A DNA stretch of 64,000 nt from Bacteroidales bacterium (GTDB lineage Bacteria > Bacteroidota > Bacteroidia > Bacteroidales > F082). The stretch is taken from contig JAFZDU010000074.1 of NCBI GenBank assembly GCA_017561025.1, positions 7,603-71,602 of the forward strand, in the 5' to 3' direction. Below the pieces are notes generated by a model. It searched no databases and was not told where the DNA came from. It saw only the letters and a list, made by a program, of their open reading frames with translations. Shown here piece by piece: positions 43,434-51,420 of the stretch. How positions within the stretch are numbered: the first letter of the stretch is position 1; each line of letters begins with the position of its first letter. Both the position numbers and the translations under genes were made by a program.

Positions 43434-44687
43434 ATGCAAAATTTCATAGATAAACTACAATCATCATTAAAAGAAGGTTCATTTGTAAAACTGACGTTGT
43501 CAAAACCAGTAGGGACGCGATTAATCGCATACGTAGGGACGCGATTAATCGCGTCCGTACAAGGACAATCAATAGAAGAATTACGTAACGTCTACGTGAA
43601 ACCTATCATCCTCAAAAACGAGAAGATGTATTCTTTCACATATCGTTACGAGAGAAGAGACGAGACCAAGAACTATGACGCTGAGCAGACTCTTGAGGTA
43701 ATCACGGAATTGCTTTCTGGAATATTTCTCAATGCTTCGTTGTTCACTCTTACTGAAGACGTCACTCTTCTCGTGAGCAAGAAAGGCAAGGCTACTGTCA
43801 TGTGCAAGGCTGTCAAGGAACAGAGAGAGCAGAACGTGCAGCACGACAAAGTCAAGAATCGTCTGATAAATACGGATAATCCTTGGTGGTTTAAGTTAGG
43901 TCTGACAACACGCGAAGGCAAGGTCACTGCTGACATGCAGCATAAGTTCAAGCAGATTTGCAAATATGTCGAGATTGTTGACGGCGTGATGAAGAACGTG
44001 AAGTTCGATGGCAAGATCCGCATCGCCGACATGGGAGCAGGGAAAGGTTATCTCACTTTTGCCTTATATGAATATCTCACACAGAAATGCAAATACGACA
44101 TCATGATGGAAGGCGTGGAGATACGTCCTGACTTAGTCGTTAAAATCAACGAGATAATAAAAGAATCAAATTTGAAAGACTTTCGTTTTGTGGAAAGTAG
44201 TATAGAATCCTTCGGATGTGGATGTCAACAGACAATGCCAAAGGTTCAAAGTTCAGAGTTCAAAGTTCAAAGTCAATTAGATGTCCTCATCGCTCTTCAT
44301 GCATGCAACACTGCCACCGACGATGCTATTATAAAAGGTATAAAGTCTGGGGCTAAGTTAATCATCTGCGCTCCTTGTTGTCACAAGCAGATCCGTCAGG
44401 AGATGGAGAAGTCGAAAGTCGTTGATCCTATCACACGTTACGGCATCTTCCTGGAACGTCAGGCGGTGATGATTACTGATGCGATACGGGCCTTGATAAT
44501 GGAATATTACGGTTACAAGACACAGGTGATGGAGTTCATCGAGATGGAACATACTCCTAAAAACATATTGCTCGTTGGAAGAAAGAGCGATGCACCGGTC
44601 GATAAAGAATCCATTTTGAAGCAGATAGAAGAATTGAAGAAACAATACGGAATAGAGAGACATTATCTGGAGAGAATCTTTGATTAA
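43434..44687 (+). CDS. Class I SAM-dependent methyltransferase (Methyltransf_32-like)
   Basis: SAM motif IADMGAGKGYLTFALY and LIALHACNTATDDAI. Carries two in-frame repeat insertions (43509-43556 and 44243-44274). Confidence 0.7.
   Translation: MQNFIDKLQSSLKEGSFVKLTLSKPVGTRLIAYVGTRLIASVQGQSIEELRNVYVKPIILKNEKMYSFTYRYERRDETKNYDAEQTLEVITELLSGIFLNASLFTLTEDVTLLVSKKGKATVMCKAVKEQREQNVQHDKVKNRLINTDNPWWFKLGLTTREGKVTADMQHKFKQICKYVEIVDGVMKNVKFDGKIRIADMGAGKGYLTFALYEYLTQKCKYDIMMEGVEIRPDLVVKINEIIKESNLKDFRFVESSIESFGCGCQQTMPKVQSSEFKVQSQLDVLIALHACNTATDDAIIKGIKSGAKLIICAPCCHKQIRQEMEKSKVVDPITRYGIFLERQAVMITDAIRALIMEYYGYKTQVMEFIEMEHTPKNILLVGRKSDAPVDKESILKQIEELKKQYGIERHYLERIFD
43509..43556 (+). repeat. In-frame 24-nt tandem duplication carrying a 20-nt perfect palindrome, inside the methyltransferase CDS
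   Basis: GTAGGGACGCGATTAATCGCATAC / GTAGGGACGCGATTAATCGCGTCC. The palindrome GGACGCGATTAATCGCGTCC spans 43537-43556. Encodes VGTRLIAY/VGTRLIAS. Confidence 0.9.
44243..44274 (+). repeat. In-frame GTTCAAAG word run inside the methyltransferase CDS
   Basis: GGTTCAAA GTTCAGA GTTCAAA GTTCAAAGTC. The 17-mer at 44258-44274 is the reverse complement of intergenic 61027-61043. Confidence 0.85.
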
Positions 44688-44691
44688 CTTT

Positions 44692-44836
44692 CCCCTTTGC
44701 GTTAGGGATTGGAGCGGCATCCTTTGCGAGCGGAGCGAGCAAAGATAGAGCGGAAAGCCCGACGGCGGAGCTGAAGGCGTAGCCGGAACGCCCAAAAAAA
44801 GACTAAAGACTAATGACAAAAGCCGAAAGACTAAAG
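44692..44836 (-). repeat. Right arm of the ~150-bp inverted repeat
   Basis: See 42197-44344. Starts 5 nt after the methyltransferase stop. Followed by further word units at 44845-44883. Confidence 0.9.
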
Positions 44837-44984
44837 AATTTTTAGATTAAAGTTTGAAATGTAAAGAGGTTAAAGTCCAAGGCAAAAAATAAATTTAAAA
44901 AACTCTTTCCATATAAATAAAAATGTTTATCTTCGTGGACTTGAAAAAAACACAAAGTATTTAACGTTAAAAAAAATAAATATC

Positions 44985-46010
44985 ATGCAAAACATTGAAT
45001 GGTCAAAACTTCCATTTGGTTATTATCCAACTAATTACAATGTTCGTTGTTACTACAGAAACGGACAATGGGGCGAATTAGAAGTAAGCTCAGAAACATC
45101 TATCAATATTCACATGGCAGCAACATGTTTGCACTATGGTCAAGAAGCATTCGAAGGTTTGAAGGCTTTCCGTGGTGTTGATGGTAAAGTTCGTATTTTC
45201 CGTTTGGAAGAAAACGCTAAACGTTTGCAATCATCATGCGATGGTATCATGATGCCACAATTCCCAATCGAGAAGTTTGAAGAAGCTATGAAGAAATGTG
45301 TTCAGCTCAATGCAGAATTCATTCCTCCATTTGAAAGCGGCGCTTCTTTATATCTCCGTCCATTGATCATTGGTACAGGCATCCGCGTTGGTGTTAGCCC
45401 AGCTGACGAATATTTGTTCTTAGTATTTGCAACACCAGTAGGTCCTTACTTCAAAGGCGGTTTCCAAGCTAACCCATATGTCATCACACGTAAATATGAC
45501 CGTGCAGCTCCTCTCGGAACAGGTACATACAAAGTTGGTGGCAACTACGCTGCAAGTATGCGTCCTCACATGGAAGCATGCCAAGGCGGTAAATACGCTT
45601 GCGAATTCTATCTCGACGCTAAAGAAAAATGTTATATCGACGAAGCTGGCGCAGCTAACTTCTTCGCTATTAAAGACAATACATACATCACTCCATTGTC
45701 AACATCAATTCTCCCATCAATCACAAACAAGAGCTTGATGTTCTTGGCAGAAAAAATGGGTATGAAAGTAGAACGTCGTCCAATCCACGTTGACGAACTC
45801 GCTACATTCGAAGAAGCTGGTGCTTGCGGTACAGCAGCTGTTATCAGCCCTATCTCACGTATCGACGACCTCGACAATGACAAGTCATACGTATTCGGTG
45901 ATGGCAAACCAGGTCCACAAAGTGAAAAGTTATATAACAAACTTCGTGGTATCCAAACAGGTGCAGAAGCTGACGAATATGGCTGGATCACTATGGTAGA
46001 AGGTATATAA
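44985..46010 (+). CDS. ilvE: Branched-chain amino acid aminotransferase
   Basis: 341 aa of class IV aminotransferase type: LHYGQEAFEGLKAFR, YLRPLIIGTG, GTGTYKVGGNYAAS. Confidence 0.9.
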   Translation: MQNIEWSKLPFGYYPTNYNVRCYYRNGQWGELEVSSETSINIHMAATCLHYGQEAFEGLKAFRGVDGKVRIFRLEENAKRLQSSCDGIMMPQFPIEKFEEAMKKCVQLNAEFIPPFESGASLYLRPLIIGTGIRVGVSPADEYLFLVFATPVGPYFKGGFQANPYVITRKYDRAAPLGTGTYKVGGNYAASMRPHMEACQGGKYACEFYLDAKEKCYIDEAGAANFFAIKDNTYITPLSTSILPSITNKSLMFLAEKMGMKVERRPIHVDELATFEEAGACGTAAVISPISRIDDLDNDKSYVFGDGKPGPQSEKLYNKLRGIQTGAEADEYGWITMVEGI

Positions 46011-46061
46011 TATATGAAAAAATTATCCCTAAGCAGATGAGTTTTTTCATAGCTTTGTTTG

Positions 46062-46091
46062 AGCGCCGTTGTTTTTACGGCGCTTTTTTTG
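46062..46091 (+). terminator. Intrinsic terminator after ilvE
   Basis: AGCGCCGT/ACGGCGCT perfect 8-bp stem followed by T7. Confidence 0.8.
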
Positions 46092-46149
46092 TTTTAAAAA
46101 AAACTTAAAAAAATCATTCTTACCTATTGATTATTTGTGATTAAAAGTG

Positions 46150-46157
46150 TATTTTTG
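46150..46157 (+). promoter_or_regulatory. -7 box TATTTTTG for 46215-47972
   Basis: Exact match 58 nt upstream of the ATG. Confidence 0.45.
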
Positions 46158-46214
46158 CGCCTTAATAATTAGATATAAATCGAAATTAATAAATCTAAAT
46201 TAAAATTTAATCAA

Positions 46215-47972
46215 ATGAAAAAATTTACTTTCTTAATGTGTGCAGTATTGGCTTGCTTACTTCAAGTTAATGCACAACAATTCGTTTCTACAGAAGTACA
46301 AAATAGAAACGCAATGATCGAAGAATTTACAGGAAGAAACTGCGGTTACTGTCCAGACGGTCACGTTATCGCTAACTCAATCGTTCATGCTAACCCAGGT
46401 AGAGTATGGGCAGTTAACGTTCACGCAGGTGGATACGCTCCAACATCATACCCTAACTTCAACACAGGCGTTAGTACAACAATCTGCAACGGTTTCCAAG
46501 TAACAGGTTTCCCAGCTGGCGTTGTTAACCGTTCAACAGCACAAGCTCAAGGCCGTGGTTCATGGCAATCATTAACAAACCAACAACTTTCACAAGTTGC
46601 TGAATGTAACGTAGCTGGTCAAGTTGTTATTAACCCTGTAACACGTCTCGCAAAAATCACTGTTGAGGTTTACTATACAGCTAACAGCGCTTCAGATAAA
46701 AACTACCTCACAATATATATGTTGCAAGACAGTATCTGGGGTTCACAATCAGGCGGCAGCTCAAACCCTGAACAATATGTAGGTGGTAACTACTGCCACA
46801 TGCACATCCTCCGCGATGCTATCACAGCTGACTGGGGTGATGAAATTGCTCCAACAACAGCAGGTACTTTAATCACAAAAGAATACGTTTACGAAATCCC
46901 AGCTTCAATCGGTTCACCAAACGGCGTTGAAGTTGACCTCGAAAATATTGCATTCCTCGCTTTTGTAGAAGAAAAACAACAAGGCGCAACATACCGTCCT
47001 ATTCTCAACGTTAACGAATTAACAATGACACAAGGTACAGAAGAAGCTATCTATCCAATCATCGCTAACGTAGCAGCAGCTTCAGGTTTCTCATGTTCAA
47101 CAACAAGAACTTTAAAACTCGACCTCGTTAATGGCGGTTTAGATGAATTGACATCTCTCAAATATCAAGTTAAAGTTGCTGACAACGAGCCAATCGAATT
47201 CACATGGGAAGGCAGCATCGCTTCATACCAAAGCTCATCAATCGAAGTCGATGTTGAAATTCCTTTCGGTTCACACGATGTTGAAGTTAAGATCGTTGAA
47301 GCTAACGGTACAGCATACGAATTTGCTAAAGAAGCTACAATCAAGAGCGAAGAATGGGTAAATGTTGCTATCGAAGGTGAAACAGAAGAACTTTCAATCG
47401 AAATTATGCAAGATAAATACGGCAACCAAATCACATGGCAACTCCTTGCTTCAGACAACACAGTTATCGCTGAAGGCGGTCCTTACCAAATGTTAGTCGG
47501 TGGTTCAGCTGCTACACAATTACACATCCAAAAAGCTACAGTTAACAAAGGTGACTGCGTTAAATTCGTTATCAAAGACAACGTAGGTAACGGTATCTGC
47601 TGCAGCTTCGGTGAAGGTTACTACCAAATCAAAGACAGCAAAGACAATATCGTTGTTGATGGCGACGGCGACTTCGGTTCAGAAGCATCAGCATTATTGT
47701 CAATCGGTGATGGCGTTGCTGTTGAAGAAATTGAAACAGTTGAAACATTAAATATCTTCCCTAACCCTGTAAAAGACGTTCTTACAGTTAAAGGTGAAAA
47801 CATGAGCCAAGTTGTTATCTGCAACGCTTTAGGTCAAGTTGTTGAATCAATCAACACAAACGACAGCGAAGTTAGAGTTAACGTAAGCGCATTCCAAAAC
47901 GGTATGTATTTCATCAACGTTATCGATAACAACGGTGTTATGACAACAACAAAAGTATCAGTTTTACATTGA
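46215..47972 (+). CDS. T9SS-sorted Omp28-like CxxC protein (modules A-B-C-CTD)
   Basis: MIEEFTGRNCGYCPDGH, IMQDKYGNQITW...GNGICCSFGEGYYQI and IFPNPVKDVLTV...GMYFINV. Confidence 0.78.
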   Translation: MKKFTFLMCAVLACLLQVNAQQFVSTEVQNRNAMIEEFTGRNCGYCPDGHVIANSIVHANPGRVWAVNVHAGGYAPTSYPNFNTGVSTTICNGFQVTGFPAGVVNRSTAQAQGRGSWQSLTNQQLSQVAECNVAGQVVINPVTRLAKITVEVYYTANSASDKNYLTIYMLQDSIWGSQSGGSSNPEQYVGGNYCHMHILRDAITADWGDEIAPTTAGTLITKEYVYEIPASIGSPNGVEVDLENIAFLAFVEEKQQGATYRPILNVNELTMTQGTEEAIYPIIANVAAASGFSCSTTRTLKLDLVNGGLDELTSLKYQVKVADNEPIEFTWEGSIASYQSSSIEVDVEIPFGSHDVEVKIVEANGTAYEFAKEATIKSEEWVNVAIEGETEELSIEIMQDKYGNQITWQLLASDNTVIAEGGPYQMLVGGSAATQLHIQKATVNKGDCVKFVIKDNVGNGICCSFGEGYYQIKDSKDNIVVDGDGDFGSEASALLSIGDGVAVEEIETVETLNIFPNPVKDVLTVKGENMSQVVICNALGQVVESINTNDSEVRVNVSAFQNGMYFINVIDNNGVMTTTKVSVLH

Positions 47973-47992
47973 TATTTCCATAAATAAATAAT

Positions 47993-48025
47993 GAGACGTT
48001 GCTTTTAGCAGCGTCTCTTTTTTTT
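47993..48025 (+). terminator. Intrinsic terminator after 46215-47972 (GAGACGU-stem family)
   Basis: GAGACGTTGC-TTTTA-GCAGCGTCTC (one U-G) followed by T8. Confidence 0.8.
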
Positions 48026-48044
48026 CATAATAAATCTAAACCAA

Positions 48045-51000
48045 ATGAAAAAACTTACTTTCTTAATGCTGACTGTCTTAGTTTGCTTGTTGCAAGTCAA
48101 TGCTCAGCAGTTCGTTTCTACAGAAGTACAAAATAGAAACGCTATCATTGAAGAATTCACAGGAAGAAATTGCGGATACTGCCCTGATGGTCACGTTATC
48201 GCTAACTCAATCGTTCACGCTAACCCAGGTAGAGTATGGGCAGTTAATGTCCATGCCGGCGGTTACGCTCCAACATCTTATCCTAACTTCAATACAGATG
48301 TCACCAATACTATCATGAACGGTTTTAGTGTTACCAGTTTCCCTTCAGGCGTTGTTAACCGTTCAACGGCAACAGCTCAAGGTCGCGGTTCATGGCAATC
48401 ATTAACAACACAGCAACTTTCTCAAACAGCAGAATGTAACGTTGGCGGTCAAGCTATCATCAATCCTCTTACACGCACAGCAAAGATCAACGTTGAAGTA
48501 TATTATACATCAAACAGCGCTTCTTCAACAAACTATCTCACAATAGTTATGTTGCAAGATAGTATCTGGGGCTCACAGTCAGGCGGCAGCTCAAACCCTG
48601 ATCAATATGTAGGTGGTCAATATTGCCACATGCACATCCTCCGCGATGCAATCACTGCTGACTGGGGCGACCAAATCTCTCCAACAACAGCAGGTACTTT
48701 GATCTCAAAAGAATATATGTACCAAATCCCTGAATCAATAGGTTCTCCTAATGGTGTTGCAGTCGACCTCGATAATATCATTTTCTTAGCTTATGTATCA
48801 GAAAAATATCAAGGAACACCAACACGTGCTATCCTCAACGTAAACGAGTTGAACACAATGCAAGGCTCAGAAGAAGACTTGTATCCTTATATCACAAACG
48901 TAGCTCCAACAACATCTATCTCATGTTCAACAACAAAGACAATGAAGATAGATTTAGTCAACGGCGGTTTGCAAACTCTTACATCATTGAAGTTACAAGC
49001 AAAGGTTGGTAATTCACAACCTGTTGAATTCGATTGGAATGGTAATGTTCCTTCTTATGGATTGTTCTCAATTGAAAAAGATCTCAACGTTCCTTTCGGA
49101 TCACATATCGTAGAAGTTAAAATCATTCAAGCAAACGGCACTGCATTCGAGTTTTCAAAAGAAACAGTAATCGATAGCGAAGAATGGACTGAAGTTCAAA
49201 TCGATGGCGAGAAAGAAGAACTCACAATCAATATCATGCAAGATAAATATGGCAACCAAACCACATGGGAACTCATTGCATCAGACTACAGCGTTATCGC
49301 TTCTGGTGGACCTTACACAATGTTGGTAGGCGGTTCAACAGCAACACAATTACATACTGAAAAAGCAACAGTAAATAGCGGCGACTGTGTCAAATTCGTT
49401 ATTAAAGACAATATTGGCAATGGCATCTGCTGCCAATACGGTGAAGGCTACTATCAAATCAAAGATAGCAAAGGTAACATACTTGTTGATGGCGACGGCG
49501 CATTCGGTTCAGAAGCATCTGTTCTTTTGTCAATCCAAGGTAATGATGACGGAGAAGACGATGGTGATGATGATGACGATGACAACAACGGCGAAGTTAA
49601 CGCAGATTATGTTTCAACAACACCACAAAACAGAAACCTTCTCATCGAAGAGTTCACAGGAAGAAACTGTCCTAACTGCCCAGCAGGTCATATCATCTCA
49701 AGCGGCATCACACATGACAATCCTGGAAGAGCATGGAGCATGGGTATCCACTCAGGTTATTTCGCTGTGACAACATATCCTAACTTCAATACAGATATCA
49801 GTGCTATCTTCACTGATCCTTACGATGATGTTCAAGGCGGTCTCGGTTATCCTGCTGCTGTTTTGAACCGTTCAACAGAAGAAGCATTGGGAAGAGGCTA
49901 CTGGGAAGCAGCTGCTGCTGAACAACTCCAAATCGCTGCTGAATGTAATGTAGGCGGTCATGTCACTATCGACCCTATCACTCGCAAGGCTTATATCACA
50001 ACAGAAGTTTACTACACAGCAAACAGCGCTGAGTCAACAAACTATCTCACTATCGTTATGTTGCAAGATAGTATCGCTGGTCAGCAAGCATACGGTCATA
50101 CTAACCCTGCTCAAGATCTCGGCGATGACATGTATTGCCACATGCACGTCCTCCGCGATGTCGTTACTTCTTCATGGGGTGATGCTATAACTCCTACAAC
50201 AGAAGGTTCTTTGGTTAAGAAGACTTACGAATATAGCATTCCAGAAATCATCGGCGACCCTAACGGCGTGACCGTTGATTTGGATAATATCTACTTCATC
50301 GCTTTTGTTACTGAGAAATATCAAGGCATGCCAACACGTCCAATCTTGAATGTTAACAAATTATCACAAGAACAATCGACAGGCATGGCAGTGTCACCTT
50401 ATATCTCAGACCTCGTAATGGAAGAAGGCGTATTCTGCGCTAACTCAAGAACATTCAAAAACTACGTTAAGAACGTCGGTTCTTCAGCACTCACATCAAT
50501 GAAGTTTGAAGTTAAAACTGCTGACGGTAATGTAGTTGAACATTCATGGGAAGGCAACATCGCTCCCGATGCAACAGAACGTATCGACATCACTTTAGAT
50601 ATTCCTTTCGGCAACAACGAAATAGATTTCAATATCGTTGAGGCTAACGCTCAATCTCATGACTATACTAAATCTGTTATGGCTCTCTGCGATGAATGGG
50701 ATGAATATGATACAGGTTGTATAGAAGAAATACCATTGACAATTGAAATCATGCAAGATAAATATGGTAACCATACAACATGGGAGTTCATGTCATCAGA
50801 TAACACAGTCTTAGCTTCAGGCGGTCCTTACAGCTATTTGCCTAACGCTAATTCAGAATTACATACTTACACAGTTAATGTTATGGAAGACTGTTATAAA
50901 TTCGTTATTTATGACAGCTATGGCAATGGTATCTGCTGCGGTGAAGATGGCGACGGATATTACAGAATCCTTGACGAAGGCGGCAATATCGTCGTCGATG

Positions 51001-51308
51001 GTAACGGCGAATTCGAAGACATCGCTTACAGCATTCTTTCAGTCAAGACATCAGGATCTGTTAACGATGTGATTGCATCTGCATATAATATTTATCCTAA
51101 CCCAGCAAAAGATATGATAACAGTGAAAGGTGCAAATATGAGCCAAATCAAGGTTTACAATGCCTTAGGTCAGATGGTTAAAGCTATAGACTGCGACGCA
51201 AATGAAATGAATATCAGTGTTAATAACTTGCAAAATGGAATCTATTTCATCAATATCACAAATGATAAAGGTGAAATGACAACGAGCAAAGTCTCAATTC
51301 AACATTGA
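48045..51308 (+). CDS. T9SS-sorted fusion of two Omp28-like units (A-B-C-acidic linker-A-B-C-CTD)
   Basis: First unit is ~85% identical to 46215-47972 at its N-terminus. Linker GNDDGEDDGDDDDDDNNGE. Second unit restarts at YVSTTPQNRNLLIEEFTGRNCPNCPAGH with no signal peptide. Single C-terminal domain IYPNPAKDMITV...GIYFINI. Confidence 0.8.
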   Translation: MKKLTFLMLTVLVCLLQVNAQQFVSTEVQNRNAIIEEFTGRNCGYCPDGHVIANSIVHANPGRVWAVNVHAGGYAPTSYPNFNTDVTNTIMNGFSVTSFPSGVVNRSTATAQGRGSWQSLTTQQLSQTAECNVGGQAIINPLTRTAKINVEVYYTSNSASSTNYLTIVMLQDSIWGSQSGGSSNPDQYVGGQYCHMHILRDAITADWGDQISPTTAGTLISKEYMYQIPESIGSPNGVAVDLDNIIFLAYVSEKYQGTPTRAILNVNELNTMQGSEEDLYPYITNVAPTTSISCSTTKTMKIDLVNGGLQTLTSLKLQAKVGNSQPVEFDWNGNVPSYGLFSIEKDLNVPFGSHIVEVKIIQANGTAFEFSKETVIDSEEWTEVQIDGEKEELTINIMQDKYGNQTTWELIASDYSVIASGGPYTMLVGGSTATQLHTEKATVNSGDCVKFVIKDNIGNGICCQYGEGYYQIKDSKGNILVDGDGAFGSEASVLLSIQGNDDGEDDGDDDDDDNNGEVNADYVSTTPQNRNLLIEEFTGRNCPNCPAGHIISSGITHDNPGRAWSMGIHSGYFAVTTYPNFNTDISAIFTDPYDDVQGGLGYPAAVLNRSTEEALGRGYWEAAAAEQLQIAAECNVGGHVTIDPITRKAYITTEVYYTANSAESTNYLTIVMLQDSIAGQQAYGHTNPAQDLGDDMYCHMHVLRDVVTSSWGDAITPTTEGSLVKKTYEYSIPEIIGDPNGVTVDLDNIYFIAFVTEKYQGMPTRPILNVNKLSQEQSTGMAVSPYISDLVMEEGVFCANSRTFKNYVKNVGSSALTSMKFEVKTADGNVVEHSWEGNIAPDATERIDITLDIPFGNNEIDFNIVEANAQSHDYTKSVMALCDEWDEYDTGCIEEIPLTIEIMQDKYGNHTTWEFMSSDNTVLASGGPYSYLPNANSELHTYTVNVMEDCYKFVIYDSYGNGICCGEDGDGYYRILDEGGNIVVDGNGEFEDIAYSILSVKTSGSVNDVIASAYNIYPNPAKDMITVKGANMSQIKVYNALGQMVKAIDCDANEMNISVNNLQNGIYFINITNDKGEMTTSKVSIQH

Positions 51309-51334
51309 TTTATGACGAAAGTCTAAAGACAAAA

Positions 51335-51367
51335 GGCTAAAGGTTTTCCCGACCTTTAGCCTTTTTT
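51335..51367 (+). terminator. Intrinsic terminator after 48045-51308
   Basis: GGCTAAAGGT/ACCTTTAGCC perfect 10-bp stem followed by T6. The 5' arm continues the word run at 51321-51343. Confidence 0.8.
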
Positions 51368-51380
51368 GTTATATTTCAAT

Positions 51381-51411
51381 AAGAGACGCAAAGACACAGA
51401 GACGCAGAGAC
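51381..51411. repeat. Word run AAGAGACGCA AAGACACA GAGACGCA GAGAC
   Basis: Lies downstream of the ion-channel gene stop (minus strand). Confidence 0.6.
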
Positions 51412-51420
51412 TGTTGTTCT

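Noticed and set aside
42197-44836. Composite transposon or IS interpretation of the inverted-repeat-bounded cassette.
   Set aside because: There is no transposase or recombinase ORF inside or next to it, and I could not identify target-site duplications. It is kept as a finding but not called a mobile element.
46050-46057. TAGCTTTG -7-box match downstream of ilvE.
   Set aside because: It lies upstream of the ilvE terminator with no downstream gene before it, so it is probably a chance match. The box at 46150-46157 is better placed for the next gene.
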